The position numbers and the translations under genes were made by a program. From Pseudomonadota bacterium (GTDB lineage Bacteria; Pseudomonadota; Gammaproteobacteria; Burkholderiales; Burkholderiaceae_C), in the NCBI GenBank assembly GCA_021830925.1, contig JAKBNS010000185.1, forward strand, positions 2,975 to 66,974: DNA of 64,000 nt, read 5' to 3'. Each line of letters starts with the position of its first letter. Position 1 is the stretch's first letter. The notes beneath the pieces were generated by a model, which did no database searches, was not told the origin of the DNA, and saw only the letters and a program-made list of their open reading frames with translations. Below are positions 18,436 through 28,752 of this stretch, piece by piece.

Positions 18436-20487
18436 TCATCCGGCGGCGAGCGCAGCGTCCTCGCCGGCGAACCGAACCCGCGATCTTCCGGCGCGCTTGG
18501 CCTGGTACATGGCCGCATCGGCGCGCGACAGCAGGGTCTCGGCGTCGGCGCCGTGCTCCGGGAACAGCGCCACGCCCACGCTGCCCGATACCTGGGCCTG
18601 ACGGGATTGCCCCAGATCCACCGCCTGCGACAACAGGGGCAGCAGGCGTGCGATCACGGGTTCGGCGTCGCGGCGAGACTCCAGCCGGGTGAGCACGAAC
18701 ACGAATTCGTCGCCCGACAGACGCGCCACGATGTCGTGGCCGCGCACCGCCTGCTGCAGCCGGTGCGCCGTTTGCACCAGCACGAGGTCTCCGGCCTGAT
18801 GGCCGTGGCGATCGTTCACTCCCTTGAAACCGTCCAGATCCACGAAACACAGGGCCAGGCCCAGGCCCGCGCGCGCATGCCAGGCCAGCGCCTCGTCGAG
18901 GCGGCGCTGCAGTTCCAGCCGGTTGGGGAGCCCGGTCAGGCTGTCGCGGTGGGCGAGTTCGGTGGCGTGCTGTTCGCGCTCCTTCAGCGCGCTGACGTCC
19001 AGCATCATCCACAGCGACTCGCCGCGTTCGCGCGACAGCATGGCGCCGTTGAGGTCGACCCACAACAGCTCGCCGTCCTTGCGCTGCATGCGCAACTGGG
19101 CGCGGAAGGTGCCGTGCTCGGCCAGCAGTCCGAAGGCCCGGGCTTCCATGGCGTCGTAGTCCACGCCGGCTGGATGCAGCACGCGCGGCGACTGGCCCAG
19201 CAGTTCCCCGGGGGCGTAGCCGAACATGCGTTCGGCCGCCGCGTTGACCCACACGGCCCGGCCGCCGCGCAGCTTGACCATGCCCAGCAGTTCGCTGTTG
19301 AGCATCGCGTGCTGTTCGCGCACCAGATCCTGCAGGGAGGCGCGCGCGCGCTGCAGTTCGGTGATGTCGAGCATCATCGAGCGTGTGCGCACGAACAGGC
19401 CCTCCGCGTCGCTGACCACGCTGGTGCGTACGTGCAGGTGACGCAGCGTTCCATCGAGGGACACGATGTCCAGGTCGTAGGGATGGGGGGCTTCTCCCGC
19501 GCGCATCTGCGCGAAGCGCTGCTCGAACATGGCCCGGCTTTCCGGGGTGGCGAAGTCCGCCGGGCCGAGCTTGCCCAGCGCCTGCTCGAGGCCGCAACCC
19601 AGCAAGGCGCAGGTCTGCTGATTCATGCGGACGAAGCGTCCGATGTCGTCCAGCGAGAAGTAGCCGCAGGGTGCGCTTTCGTACAGGTCCTCCAGCTCCT
19701 CTCCGGCCGCGGCCAGCCTGCGCTCCAGGCGCTTGCGCTCGTCGACGTCGCGTGCCGAGACCTGGACCTCCGCCGGGCGCGAGCCGCCATCGAACAGGCC
19801 CTGCAGCTGCAGGTCGTACCAGCGGTGGCCCCCGCCGGGGTTGCGCAGGCGCATTTCCACCTGGGCGGCGGGCCGGCGCGGGTGCAACTGGGCCAGCGCG
19901 CGGCGCACGATGCGCAGGTCGGGTGGATGCACCACCGTCTCCCAGCCCAGGTCGCCGGGATCGCAGTCGCCCAGCGCGAAGCGGTCGCGCGCCGCGTCGT
20001 TGGCGAACAGCATTTCGCCGTCCACGCCGAAGCGCAGCACCAGGTCGCGCTGGTCGCGCACGATGGCGCTGAGCTGGGCCTCGCTGGTCTCCAGCCTTGC
20101 CAGCGCGTCGCGCAGGTCCTCCAGGGTGTGCCGCAGGCGCAGACCCGTCGATTGCTGTACCCGGATCACCAGTCCGATGAGCAGCGAGGACACGACGAAG
20201 GACAGCGCGGCCAGCAGGCCCGCGCGGCTGACCAGCAGCGACCAGTGCGGGGGGGTGAAGATGTACAGGCCGGCGCCCGCTCCGAGCAGCGTGGCCCAGC
20301 GCCCGGGGCCGCTGCCGCACAGGTAGTAGGCGAGCACGATGGCCGGGTAGAAGGTTAGATAGGCGACGCGCTGCTCGACCGGGAGCACCAGCAGGCGCAA
20401 CGCGAGCGCGCCCGCCACGATGGCCGTGGCGGCGGCATAGCGAGTCCCGGCGGAGCGCGCCAGGAGGTTGAAGTCCCGGATTTCCAC
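18436..20487 (-). CDS. Membrane diguanylate cyclase: DUF4118-like TM domain, three PAS domains, GGDEF
   Basis: Four N-terminal TM segments (YLTFYPAIV...GPG), PAS repeats, RDSLTGLPNR, DLDGFKGVND, I-site RGHD, SGDEF. Confidence 0.85.
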   Translation of the reverse strand: MEIRDFNLLARSAGTRYAAATAIVAGALALRLLVLPVEQRVAYLTFYPAIVLAYYLCGSGPGRWATLLGAGAGLYIFTPPHWSLLVSRAGLLAALSFVVSSLLIGLVIRVQQSTGLRLRHTLEDLRDALARLETSEAQLSAIVRDQRDLVLRFGVDGEMLFANDAARDRFALGDCDPGDLGWETVVHPPDLRIVRRALAQLHPRRPAAQVEMRLRNPGGGHRWYDLQLQGLFDGGSRPAEVQVSARDVDERKRLERRLAAAGEELEDLYESAPCGYFSLDDIGRFVRMNQQTCALLGCGLEQALGKLGPADFATPESRAMFEQRFAQMRAGEAPHPYDLDIVSLDGTLRHLHVRTSVVSDAEGLFVRTRSMMLDITELQRARASLQDLVREQHAMLNSELLGMVKLRGGRAVWVNAAAERMFGYAPGELLGQSPRVLHPAGVDYDAMEARAFGLLAEHGTFRAQLRMQRKDGELLWVDLNGAMLSRERGESLWMMLDVSALKEREQHATELAHRDSLTGLPNRLELQRRLDEALAWHARAGLGLALCFVDLDGFKGVNDRHGHQAGDLVLVQTAHRLQQAVRGHDIVARLSGDEFVFVLTRLESRRDAEPVIARLLPLLSQAVDLGQSRQAQVSGSVGVALFPEHGADAETLLSRADAAMYQAKRAGRSRVRFAGEDAALAAG

Positions 20488-20618
20488 GTGCCCATGCTAC
20501 TCATGGAACTTTGTGAATACGTCCCCACGGCGCGGATTTGTGTCGCATTTCATGACTTCGGTTGGCATTGCGCGACGCTTGACGCAGGCCGTGCGGCGTG
20601 TCGAGCACAATGACGGGC

Positions 20619-21425
20619 ATGATCGTCCAGCTCGCTTCCGACCTCCACCTGGAACGCCTGGCACGCCGCTTCCCGGGCGAAACCCTCATCCGGCCGGAGC
20701 CGCAAGCCGAATTGCTGGTGCTCGCGGGTGACGTCGCGGCGCGCTCCGACGGCGTGCGCCTGTTCGCCGACTGGCCGGTGCCGGTGCTGTACGTGCCGGG
20801 CAACCACGAGTTCTTCGACGCCGATTGGCACCAAACCCGCGAGGAACTGCGGCGGGCCGCCGAGGGCACGCGGGTGCGTATCCTGGACAGCGACGAATGC
20901 GTGCTGGGCGGCGTGCGCTGGCTGGGCTGCACGCTGTGGACCGACTACGCCCTGCAGGAGGCGCTCGACCCGCGCGAACAGATGCAGGCCTGCGCCCGGC
21001 GCATGCGCGATCATGCGGTGATCCGGGTCGGGGAGCGCATGTTCGCGCCGGAGGATGCGCTGGCCGAGCACCGCCGCTGCCGCGCCTGGCTCGAGCGCAC
21101 GCTGGCGCACCCTTTCGCCGGCCCCACGGTGGTGATCACGCATCACGCGCCCAGTGCCCGTTCGGTGCATCCGCGCTTCGCCGGGCACCCGGTGAACCCG
21201 GCCTACGCGAGCCGCCTGGAGCCGCTGCTGGCGGGGGCCAGCGCCTGGTTGCACGGACATGTGCACGACAGTTTCGACTACATCGTGCAGGGACCCCAAG
21301 GCCGCGCCTGCCGCGTGGTGGCCAACCCGCGCGGCAATGCGAGGCGCATCGATCAGGCGAGCGAGATCTCGGATCTGGAATTCGAGAACCCGGCCTTTCG
21401 CCCGGATGGCCTGATCCGTCTCTGA
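20619..21425 (+). CDS. Calcineurin-like metallophosphoesterase
   Basis: All five motifs: SDLH, AGD, GNHE, THHAP, HGHVH. Start could be 20598, 20610 or 20619. Confidence 0.85.
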   Translation: MIVQLASDLHLERLARRFPGETLIRPEPQAELLVLAGDVAARSDGVRLFADWPVPVLYVPGNHEFFDADWHQTREELRRAAEGTRVRILDSDECVLGGVRWLGCTLWTDYALQEALDPREQMQACARRMRDHAVIRVGERMFAPEDALAEHRRCRAWLERTLAHPFAGPTVVITHHAPSARSVHPRFAGHPVNPAYASRLEPLLAGASAWLHGHVHDSFDYIVQGPQGRACRVVANPRGNARRIDQASEISDLEFENPAFRPDGLIRL

Positions 21426-21523
21426 GTCTGTTCGAGGATGCCCGGGCTCGACGCGCGCGCACGAGCGGCGCCTCAAGTCCCCGGCCGATGTGTCGTCTGA
21501 GTTCGCACAAGCTCTTTGCACCC

Positions 21524-23395
21524 ATGGCCGAGATCTCCTTCCATCCCGCGGCGCTTCATGCCTTGCGGCAGTTGCTGGCGCCGCTGCGCAGTTGCGACAT
21601 GCTGGTGCAGGCCAACGGCTCGGCCGCCGGCAGTCGCATCGTCCATCTCAACGCCGCCGCGCGCGGCGTGCTCGAGCCCCTGGGCGTTGCCGAGGGCGCC
21701 ACGCTGGCGGCAGGGGTGGAGGCGCTGGGCCTGGACGCGGTGGCCTGCATGGGGGTGTTGCGCGAACTTGCGGCCGGCGCGCGCGCCGACGCCGAACTGG
21801 ACACGGCGGGGGGGGCGCTGCGTCTGAGGGCGCTGCGCGACGAACAGGAGCGGGTGATCGGTTTCCACTTGTCGTGGCAGGATCCCGCGGCGTCCCTGCC
21901 AGACGGGGGCTCGGACGCCGCCCGCCTGCTGCACGACCTTTCCTGCCGGCCGGTGGCGGCGACGGAGCAGGAACTGGCGGCGCTGGACGGTCCGGCGCGC
22001 CAGGCGCTGGCCTTCCTGCGCGACATGGCGCTGGCCTGGGAGCGCGGATCCACGAAGGTCGGCCTGGCCGCCGCCCGAGGCTATTTTTCGCCCAAGGGAT
22101 CGGTGCAGGTATTCCGCGAGCGCCAGGCCGAGCAGGAGGCGCTGATCGCCAGCGTCGGCGAAGGCGTGGGTCACGTGGTGGATGCGGCGCATGCGGTCGA
22201 GCACAACATCGGGCTGGCCGCCGAGCGCGCGGGGAACATCTTCCAGGTCTGCGAATCGCGCCAGCGCGACGTCGGCGGGGCGCGCGAGCAATTCCAGACC
22301 CTGAGCGACGAGACGGCGCGCAATGCGCAGCATCTGGGCCGTATCCGCGAGCACGCACAGGGCGTCACGCAGGTGCTGCAGGTGATTCGCGACATCGCCG
22401 GTCAGACCAATCTTCTCGCGTTGAACGCGGCCATCGAGGCCGCGCGCGCCGGCGAGGCCGGCCGCGGCTTCGCGGTGGTGGCCGACGAGGTGCGCAGGCT
22501 GGCCAACAAGGTGGCGCAGACCGTGGTGACGGCCGGCGAATCGATCGAGGCGATCCAGGCGTCGGTGGCGGTGGCCCACCAGGTTTCGCGCACCTTGGGC
22601 GAGGCGGTGGAACGCAGTGCCGACCAGATGGGCGGGGTGGTGCAGGGTTTCGCCGACATTCGCGCCGGCATCGAGGCCAACCAGGGGGTGTTCGAGGAGA
22701 TCACCCGCCTGAGCCTGTCGGCGCGCGAGGCGGTGGGCGCGCTGTCGCAGAGCTTCGATCGCATGGCCGCGGGCGTGCGCCAGGCCAATGAGCAGGGCAT
22801 CCAGGGTGCGCAGGAGATGTCCGCCCAGTTGCTCGAGACCCTGAACGAGAACAAGGTGCTGCTCGAGGCCACGCTGGATTTCGACACGGGTTCCGAACTC
22901 AGCGTCGCGTCCCGCGCGGCCATGGACGGCGCGCGGGAAATCGGCCAGGCGCTGGAACAGGCGCTGGCCGAGGGGGCGATCTCGCCGGAGGCCCTGTTCG
23001 ACGAACAGTACGTGCCGATCCCGGGCTCGCAGCCGCCGAAGTTCCGCACCCGCGCCAGCGCCTTGTTCAAGCAGCGCGTGCAGCCCCTGCTGGATCGCAC
23101 GCTGGGACGCGGACCGACCCTGCGCTTCGCCTTCGCCGTGGATCGCAACGGCTACACGCCGACCCACAACACCATCTACGACCAGCCGTTGACCGGCGAT
23201 GCCCGGAAGGACCTGGTGGGCAACCGGGCCATGCGCATCTTCAACGATGCCGCGGGGCTGGAAGCCGCCCACAACGCCAAGCCCATCCACCTGATGATCT
23301 ACGCGCGCGACACCGGCGAGGTGCTGCGCGAACTGGACGTGCCGATCCGCGTGGGCGAGCGTCAGTGGGGCAACCTGCGGGTCGGATTTCCCTGA
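21524..23395 (+). CDS. Soluble chemoreceptor: degenerate PAS, MCP signalling domain, C-terminal Cache-like domain
   Basis: [34 protein letters not shown]; C-terminal [12 protein letters not shown]...RIFND...[19 protein letters not shown]; no TM segment. Confidence 0.85.
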   Translation: MAEISFHPAALHALRQLLAPLRSCDMLVQANGSAAGSRIVHLNAAARGVLEPLGVAEGATLAAGVEALGLDAVACMGVLRELAAGARADAELDTAGGALRLRALRDEQERVIGFHLSWQDPAASLPDGGSDAARLLHDLSCRPVAATEQELAALDGPARQALAFLRDMALAWERGSTKVGLAAARGYFSPKGSVQVFRERQAEQEALIASVGEGVGHVVDAAHAVEHNIGLAAERAGNIFQVCESRQRDVGGAREQFQTLSDETARNAQHLGRIREHAQGVTQVLQVIRDIAGQTNLLALNAAIEAARAGEAGRGFAVVADEVRRLANKVAQTVVTAGESIEAIQASVAVAHQVSRTLGEAVERSADQMGGVVQGFADIRAGIEANQGVFEEITRLSLSAREAVGALSQSFDRMAAGVRQANEQGIQGAQEMSAQLLETLNENKVLLEATLDFDTGSELSVASRAAMDGAREIGQALEQALAEGAISPEALFDEQYVPIPGSQPPKFRTRASALFKQRVQPLLDRTLGRGPTLRFAFAVDRNGYTPTHNTIYDQPLTGDARKDLVGNRAMRIFNDAAGLEAAHNAKPIHLMIYARDTGEVLRELDVPIRVGERQWGNLRVGFP

Positions 23396-23432
23396 GTCGC
23401 CGAGCGGCCCCTCGCGGGCGCGGCCGGAAACG

Positions 23433-23460
23433 AGAAGCCAGGCTCCAGGCCTGGCTTCTT
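23433..23460. terminator. Probable bidirectional terminator between convergent genes
   Basis: 11-bp perfect stem AGAAGCCAGGC/GCCTGGCTTCT, loop TCCAG. Confidence 0.6.
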
Positions 23461-23511
23461 GTCTTGCGCATGCATCGCGGGTCCGGGCCGCGCACGGCCC
23501 GGACCCCGGGC

Positions 23512-25146
23512 TCAGAACAGCGCCGCTGCCTTGGTCAGCGCGATGTACACGCCGATCAGGAAGGGGATGCCGATGGCCAGCCACGACACCAGCCCGAGGG
23601 TGCCGAAGCTGCCGCGCGCCGCGCTGTGGGCGCTGTCGGCGCCTTGTTGCTCATGCTGCAGCGAGCGCTCCCGTGCCAGGCGCTCCTCGTCCATGTGGTG
23701 CTTCTCGTGCACCGGTCGGATCAGGGCGTTGAGGATCAGGCCCACCAGCAGCAGCCCCGCCAGGATGTGCAACGTGCCGTCGTACACCAGGTTGTGGGCC
23801 ACGCCGGCATTGATCTGGGCCTGCCGGATGTGCGCGATCAGGAACGGCCCGACGATGCCCGCGGCGGACCAGGCGGTGAGCAGGCGGCCGTGGATGGCTC
23901 CCACCATCTGGGTGCCGAAGATGTCGGCCAGGTAGGCCGGCACGGTGGAGAAGCCGCCGCCGTACATGGACAGGATGATGCAGACCGCGACCACGAAGGC
24001 TCCCGCCATCGCATGGTGCCCCAGCACCGGCAGGCTGAGGTACATCAGGATGCCGATGATGAAGAACAGGAAGTAGGTCGACTTGCGCCCGATGTGGTCG
24101 GAGATACTGGCCCAGAAAAAGCGTCCCAGGCTGTTGAACAGGCTGATCAGGCCCACCAGCCCGGCCGCCGACGCGGCGATCGCCGCCTTCTGCGCCGTGG
24201 TCAGCGTGGTCACGGTGTCGAGCCCGATCAGGTGGCCGCCGAACACGTCCTGCAGCATCGGGCTGGCCATCGAGATCACGCCGATGCCGGCGGTCACGTT
24301 GAGGAACAGCACGCCCCAGATGAGCCAGAACTGCGGGGTCTTCCAGGCCGCATCCAGGTGCACGTGCTTGTCGGTCACCATCGCCTTGGACTTGGCCGGC
24401 TCGGTCCAGCCCTCGGGCTTCCAGCCGCTGGGCGGAACGCGCATGCCGAAGGCGCCCAGGGACATGACGATCACGTACAGGATGCCCATGGTGATCAGCG
24501 TGGCGGACACCCCGGCCGCGGCGTCGCCGCCGCCGTAGTGCTTCATCAGCGCCACCGCGATGGGCGCGCCGATCATCGCTCCGCCCCCGTAGCCCATGAT
24601 GGCCATGCCGGTGGCCATGCCGCGGCGGTCGGGGAACCACTTGATCAGGGTGGACACCGGGGTGATGTATCCCAGGCCCTGGCCGACGCCGCCGATGATG
24701 CCGCAGCCCAGCCACAGCAGCCAGAGCTGGTGCATGGACACGCCGATGCCGCCCAGCACCATGCCGCCGCCCCAGCACAGCGCGGCGATGAAGCCGGCCT
24801 TGCGCGGGCCGGCGTGCTCGAGCCAGCCGCCCCACAGCGCCGCCGACACCCCGAGTACGGCGATGAACATCTCGAAGGTGGAGGTGACCAGCGGCACGCT
24901 CCAGTTGCAGGTGGTCGAGAACATCAGGGTCCCCAACCCCGCTGCCTGACAGGTCGCGTCACCGCCCGAGAGCAGCTTGCTCATCGGCAGCCAGAACACG
25001 GAAAACCCATACGCCATGCCGATGCACAGGTGGATGGCCAGTGCGGCCGGCGGAACCAGCCATCGATTGAAGCGCGGGCCGGCAACGATGCGCGCGCGGT
25101 CCAGCAGGCCGGGTGCGGCCATGGTTTGGCTAAGTGCCTCGGACAT
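23512..25146 (-). CDS. OFA-family (oxalate/formate antiporter-like) MFS transporter
   Basis: RWLVPPAALAIHLCIGMAYGFSVF, TLIKWFPDRRGMATG, YGGGFSTVPAYLADIFG; RBS GAGGAG before ATG 25146. Confidence 0.85.
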   Translation of the reverse strand: MSEALSQTMAAPGLLDRARIVAGPRFNRWLVPPAALAIHLCIGMAYGFSVFWLPMSKLLSGGDATCQAAGLGTLMFSTTCNWSVPLVTSTFEMFIAVLGVSAALWGGWLEHAGPRKAGFIAALCWGGGMVLGGIGVSMHQLWLLWLGCGIIGGVGQGLGYITPVSTLIKWFPDRRGMATGMAIMGYGGGAMIGAPIAVALMKHYGGGDAAAGVSATLITMGILYVIVMSLGAFGMRVPPSGWKPEGWTEPAKSKAMVTDKHVHLDAAWKTPQFWLIWGVLFLNVTAGIGVISMASPMLQDVFGGHLIGLDTVTTLTTAQKAAIAASAAGLVGLISLFNSLGRFFWASISDHIGRKSTYFLFFIIGILMYLSLPVLGHHAMAGAFVVAVCIILSMYGGGFSTVPAYLADIFGTQMVGAIHGRLLTAWSAAGIVGPFLIAHIRQAQINAGVAHNLVYDGTLHILAGLLLVGLILNALIRPVHEKHHMDEERLARERSLQHEQQGADSAHSAARGSFGTLGLVSWLAIGIPFLIGVYIALTKAAALF

Positions 25147-25338
25147 CTCGTCTCCTCGGGACTGTTTGTCATGAACGGGTCGAGCCGTGGCTGCATGGGC
25201 CATGGCTTCGGATCTCGTTATAACCGCATACGAACGGAAGGATCTAGAAGGATCAACCCGCGGTCGTCGTATGCAGGACGCTCACGAGGAAATAAGCGGA
25301 ACGATATGTTCCGAAATACGCGATGAGATCGCCGCGGT

Positions 25339-26460
25339 CTATGTCGACGAGGCCTTGGCCCGCGGCCGTCGCGGGCGCGCCGTCGGAGTCCACTGCCCCG
25401 GGAATGCCTCGCCGAGTTCGAACACGCGCCCGGCGTTGTCGGCCTGATAGCCGGGGAGCTGGTCCACGGCGTTGCGGAACTCCTGGCCGCACAGCGTGCG
25501 CAGGGTTTGCTGCAGCACCGCGTCGCCCAGGCGCCGGGCCTGGCACAGCAGGAAATAGCGCTCGCTGTGCATGGGCACGAAGTCCAGGTCGAAGCGCCGG
25601 GCCGGGGTTTCCACGCCGAAGGCCACGTCGGCCATGTTGCTGGCCACGTAGGCGGCCACCGCGGCGTGGGTCAACTCGCACTGCTCGTAGCCGTGCACCC
25701 GCGCGGCCTCGATGCCGGCGCGGCGCAGCAGCAGGTCCAGCAGGAAGCGCGTGCCCGAGCCGGGCTGGCGGTTGATGAAACGCAGGTCCTCGCGCGCCAG
25801 GTCCTCGATGCCGTAGATCTTCTTCGGATTGCCGCGCGCGATGATCAGCCCGACGCGGCGCGTGGCCAGCCCGACCAGGCGCTGCGTGGCCGGTTGCAGC
25901 CAGCGCCGGTAATGCGCGATGGCGTCGGCCTCGAATTCGCCGATGGGCACGTGGAAGCCGGCCAGGTCGCAGTTGTCCAGCGCGAGCGACGCCACGGCGT
26001 CGCTGCTGCTGCAGTAGCGGAGTTCGTTCAGCACACCGTCGCGGTTCAGCCGTTGATGCAGGGCCTCGACCGCGAAACCGTGGCTGGCCCGGATGCGCAG
26101 CACGGCGTCGTTCTCGTGTTGCACGCGGCCGATCTCGGCCTCGAGTTCCGAGCCCAGCGTGTCCAGCGTGGGCGACAGGCGCGCCGCGATGCGGCGCTGT
26201 GCCCATACGAGTTTTTCCGACAGGGGACTCAGGCGCGAGCCGCGACCGCGCTCCATCTCGAGCAGGGACATGCCCAGCAACGCCTCGCCTTCGCGGATCA
26301 GTGCCCAGGCATGGCGGTAGGACACCCCCACCTCCGCGCAGGCGCGCAACAGGCTGCCGTGCTCGTCCACCGCCAGCAGCAGCGCGATGGTGCGCTCGGG
26401 CAAGGCGGGGCCGCCGTCCAGGCGCAGCGTCCAGCGGGCTTCGATCGTGACCTCGAACAT
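25339..26460 (-). CDS. fdsR: Formate dehydrogenase transcriptional activator FdsR (ModE/LysR-type HTH plus PBP domain)
   Basis: GSLLRAC...SYRHAW HTH, FINRQPGSGTR PBP motif; divergent from fdsG. Confidence 0.8.
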   Translation of the reverse strand: MFEVTIEARWTLRLDGGPALPERTIALLLAVDEHGSLLRACAEVGVSYRHAWALIREGEALLGMSLLEMERGRGSRLSPLSEKLVWAQRRIAARLSPTLDTLGSELEAEIGRVQHENDAVLRIRASHGFAVEALHQRLNRDGVLNELRYCSSSDAVASLALDNCDLAGFHVPIGEFEADAIAHYRRWLQPATQRLVGLATRRVGLIIARGNPKKIYGIEDLAREDLRFINRQPGSGTRFLLDLLLRRAGIEAARVHGYEQCELTHAAVAAYVASNMADVAFGVETPARRFDLDFVPMHSERYFLLCQARRLGDAVLQQTLRTLCGQEFRNAVDQLPGYQADNAGRVFELGEAFPGQWTPTARPRRPRAKASST

Positions 26461-26631
26461 AGGGTTATGCCTTAGGAGCCCGATTTCTTATGAAATGCGT
26501 CGGACGAAGCATATTGCGCAACGCATGGACGAATCCTAAAGTGGTTGACGAGCGGACGCACACCGGCGGTCCAGGCCGTGTCTTTCACGGTCGGTCGCCC
26601 GTCGACGCCGTATTTCCTGCCTGGAGACACT

Positions 26632-27153
26632 ATGCAAGCCACTCAGCAAGGCGCGGCGCGTGACGGCGAGGGTGCCGAGCACGTCGCGGCGCAGGCCCTG
26701 GCGCGTTGGTCCGATCGACCCGGCCCGTTGCTGCCCATCCTGCACGAAATCCAGGAGGTCGTGGGGTACATCCCCGGCGAGGTGGTGCCGCAGATCGCGC
26801 GCGGCCTGAACCTTTCGCGCGCCGAAGTCCACGGGGTGATCAGCTACTACCACCACTTCCGCACCGAGGCGCCGGCGCGCCACGTGATCCAGGTCTGCCG
26901 CGCCGAATCCTGCCAGGCCATGGGCGCCGAGGCCCTGTACGGCCACGTGATGCGGCGCACCGGTTGCGAGGGCGGGGGCGAGCAGGGTCATGCCTGCCGC
27001 GGCGCCGACGGGCGCTACCAGGTGGAGCCGGTGTACTGCCTGGGCCTGTGCGCGGCTTCGCCCGCGGTGATGATCGGACAGACCCTGCACGCGCGCGTCG
27101 ATGCGTCGCGCTTCGACGCATTGATCGACGCGCTGGAGGAGGACAAGCGATGA
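26632..27153 (+). CDS. fdsG: NAD-dependent formate dehydrogenase gamma subunit (2Fe-2S)
   Basis: LLPILHEIQ, VHGVISYYHHF, CRAESC, CLGLC; GGAG RBS. Confidence 0.92.
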   Translation: MQATQQGAARDGEGAEHVAAQALARWSDRPGPLLPILHEIQEVVGYIPGEVVPQIARGLNLSRAEVHGVISYYHHFRTEAPARHVIQVCRAESCQAMGAEALYGHVMRRTGCEGGGEQGHACRGADGRYQVEPVYCLGLCAASPAVMIGQTLHARVDASRFDALIDALEEDKR

Positions 27154-28718
27154 GCGCCGTGACCCTGTACGTGCCCTGCGACTCCGCCGCGCGCGCCCTC
27201 GGCGCCGACGAGGTGGCGCGCGCGCTGGCCGAGCAATGCGCTCGCCGCGGCGTGGACGTGACCATCGTGCGCAACGGTTCGCGCGGACTGTTCTGGCTGG
27301 AGCCGCTGGTCGAAGTGGCGGGGTCCGACGGGCGCATCGCCTACGGGCCGGTGCGACCCGGGGACGTCCCGGGCCTGCTCGACGCCGGCCTGCTGCGCGG
27401 CGGCGCGCACCCGCTGTGCCACGGACCGACCGAGAAGATCGAGTACCTGGCGCGCCAGCAACGGCTGTGTTTCGCGCGCATGGGCGTCACCGACCCGCTG
27501 TCCCTGTCGGATTACGAGGCGCACGAGGGCTGGGCCGGGCTGCGCGCGGCGCTGGCCCTGCAGCCGCAGCAGATCGTCGAGCAGGTGCTGGAGTCGGGCC
27601 TGCGCGGGCGCGGCGGCGCGGCCTTCCCGACCGCCATCAAGTGGCGCACCGTGCTGAACACGCCGGCCGCGCAGAAATACGTGGTGTGCAATGCCGACGA
27701 AGGGGACTCGGGCACCTATTCCGACCGCATGACCATGGAGGGCGACCCCTTCATGCTCATCGAGGGCATGGCCATCGCCGGCCTGGCCAGCGGCGCGACC
27801 CAGGGCTTCGTCTACATCCGCTCGGAATACCCCGACGCGATGCGCACGATGCAACGGGCCATCGAACTCGCCCGCGAGGCCGGCTTCCTGGGCCCGGACA
27901 TCCTCGGGTCGGGCAGGGCCTTCGATCTGGAAGCCCGCCTGGGCGCCGGCTCCTATGTATGCGGCGAGGAGACGGCGCTGCTCGAGAGCCTCGAGGGCAA
28001 GCGCGGCGTGGTGCGCGCCAAGCCTCCGCTGCCGGCGATCGCGGGCCTGTTCGGGCAGCCGACCATCATCAACAACGTGATCAGCTTCGCCTCCGTGCCG
28101 CTGATCCTGGCGCGCGGCGCGGCCTTCTACCGTGATTTCGGCATGGGCCGCTCGCGCGGCACCTTGCCCATCCAACTGGCCGGCAACCTCAAGCGTCCGG
28201 GGTTGGTGGAGCTGGCCTTCGGCGTCAGCCTGCGCGAGCTGCTGTTCGATTTCGGCGGCGGCAGCGCCAGCGGGCGTCCGATCAAGGCCGTGCAGGTGGG
28301 CGGCCCGCTCGGGGCCTACATGCCCGAGTCGCAATGGGACCTGCCGCTGGACTACGAGGCCTACGCCGCGGTGGGCGCGGTGGTGGGCCACGGCGGCATC
28401 GTCGCCCACGACGACAGCGTGGACCTGGCGGGGCTGGCGCGCTACGCGATGGAGTTCTGCGCCATCGAATCCTGCGGCAAGTGCACGCCCTGCCGCATCG
28501 GCTCCACGCGCGGCGTGGAGGTGATCGACCGCATTCGCGGCGCCGCCGACCCGGCGCAGCGCGCGCAGCAGGTGCATCTGCTGCGCGACCTGTGCGACAC
28601 CATGCTTCACGGCAGCCTGTGCGCGATGGGAGGCATGACGCCTTATCCGGTGCTGTCGGCCCTGAACCACTACCCGCGGGATTTCGGACTGGACGCCGCC
28701 GAAGCGGCGGCGGCCTGA
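27150..28718 (+). CDS. fdsB: NAD-dependent formate dehydrogenase beta subunit (FMN, NuoF-like)
   Basis: GLRGRGGAAFPT, CNADEGDSG, YVCGEETALLESLEG, SCGKCTPCR, LCAMG; ATGA overlap with fdsG. Confidence 0.93.
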   Translation: MSAVTLYVPCDSAARALGADEVARALAEQCARRGVDVTIVRNGSRGLFWLEPLVEVAGSDGRIAYGPVRPGDVPGLLDAGLLRGGAHPLCHGPTEKIEYLARQQRLCFARMGVTDPLSLSDYEAHEGWAGLRAALALQPQQIVEQVLESGLRGRGGAAFPTAIKWRTVLNTPAAQKYVVCNADEGDSGTYSDRMTMEGDPFMLIEGMAIAGLASGATQGFVYIRSEYPDAMRTMQRAIELAREAGFLGPDILGSGRAFDLEARLGAGSYVCGEETALLESLEGKRGVVRAKPPLPAIAGLFGQPTIINNVISFASVPLILARGAAFYRDFGMGRSRGTLPIQLAGNLKRPGLVELAFGVSLRELLFDFGGGSASGRPIKAVQVGGPLGAYMPESQWDLPLDYEAYAAVGAVVGHGGIVAHDDSVDLAGLARYAMEFCAIESCGKCTPCRIGSTRGVEVIDRIRGAADPAQRAQQVHLLRDLCDTMLHGSLCAMGGMTPYPVLSALNHYPRDFGLDAAEAAAA

Positions 28719-28752
28719 CCCCCGCGCATCACCCGACACGGAGACACGAACC

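Noticed and set aside
26461-26472. AGGGTTATGCCT at the fdsR start, resembling the GGGTTAACCC motif
   Set aside because: Two mismatches break the palindrome; more likely part of the fdsR/fdsG control region or chance
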